Assembly: GCA_043812955.1 (NCBI GenBank)
Contig: JBDRLN010000018.1
Span: forward strand, 13,849-77,848
Direction: 5' to 3'
Length of the DNA: 64,000 bases
DNA from: Candidatus Omnitrophota bacterium
GTDB taxonomy: Bacteria > Omnitrophota > Gorgyraeia > Gygaellales > Profunditerraquicolaceae
DNA letters: not shown here
Below: more notes on this DNA, generated by a model
Database searches by the model: none
What the model was told of the DNA's origin: nothing
Seen by the model: the letters and a program-made list of their open reading frames with translations, nothing else
How positions within the stretch are numbered: position 1 is the stretch's first letter

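Noticed and set aside
26060-63148. Dozens of short + strand ORFs and a few alternate-frame - strand ORFs overlapping the giant gene
   Set aside because: They are antisense or frame shadows of a long coding frame, with no recognisable motifs.
63973-63975. TTG start of the 13005-aa ORF as given in the ORF track
   Set aside because: The frame stays open to the window edge (KNGERILSLGCG) and the TTG lies inside a SAM-binding motif, so the real start is upstream of 64000.
24958-64000. Classical integron (attC array) or CRISPR array as the explanation for the periodic motif
   Set aside because: There are no RYYYAAC..GTTRRRY attC hairpins, integrase or cas genes. The motif is only about 8-12 bp, spacing is irregular (tens of bp to about 3 kb) and everything is in one reading frame.
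24958-64000. NRPS/PKS, RTX/MARTX or repeat adhesin identity for the giant ORF
   Set aside because: I saw no A/C/KS/ACP motifs, GGxGxD repeats or tandem Ig/cadherin/hemagglutinin repeats.
24958-64000. Alternative genetic code or stop readthrough merging ordinary genes
   Set aside because: The translation contains no in-frame stop codons under the standard code, and neighbouring genes end normally in TAA, TAG and TGA.

Overview
The window has two parts. (1) 1-24.9 kb is a mostly minus-strand housekeeping block of a Gram-negative (LPS-making) bacterium: cdsA, uppS, GH57 branching enzyme plus DUF4912, OmpA/MotB lipoprotein, purA, a NifV-like DRE-TIM synthase, an exported metallophosphoesterase, serA, a class V aminotransferase, clpP, a shortened tig, lptB, an lptC/lptA-like fusion, kdsC/D/A/B, hldA (rfaE1), msbA, a ComFB-CheR fusion and two PilZ genes. 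Most of the larger intergenic gaps carry a REP-like palindrome or short-period repeat. (2) 24,958 to beyond 64,000 is one uninterrupted minus-strand ORF of more than 13,000 codons, still open at the window edge. It is not a repeat adhesin or NRPS/PKS. It is a string of roughly 45 unrelated modules of about 100-1000 aa: SAM methyltransferases, a full glutamate dehydrogenase, B12 radical SAM, CheR, HD/RelA hydrolase, Fic/Doc, alpha/beta hydrolase, HEXXH peptidases, GNATs, HPr, a nucleotidyltransferase, a PD-(D/E)xK-like domain, TPR and membrane modules. The modules are separated by a recurrent [S/A][S/A]SP[V/A/L/I] linker that is also conserved as DNA (coding-strand AGC/GCC-TCG-CCG). The linkers carry in-frame copies of the same REP-like elements found between the housekeeping genes, and some modules begin with Tat-like RRxFLK motifs. 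I infer a cassette-built polyprotein with stereotyped junctions, possibly cleaved into separate effectors. The gene content and giant ORF suggest Ca. Omnitrophota, but that is an inference. All domain calls come from motif recognition by eye, module boundaries are approximate, and counts are manual.
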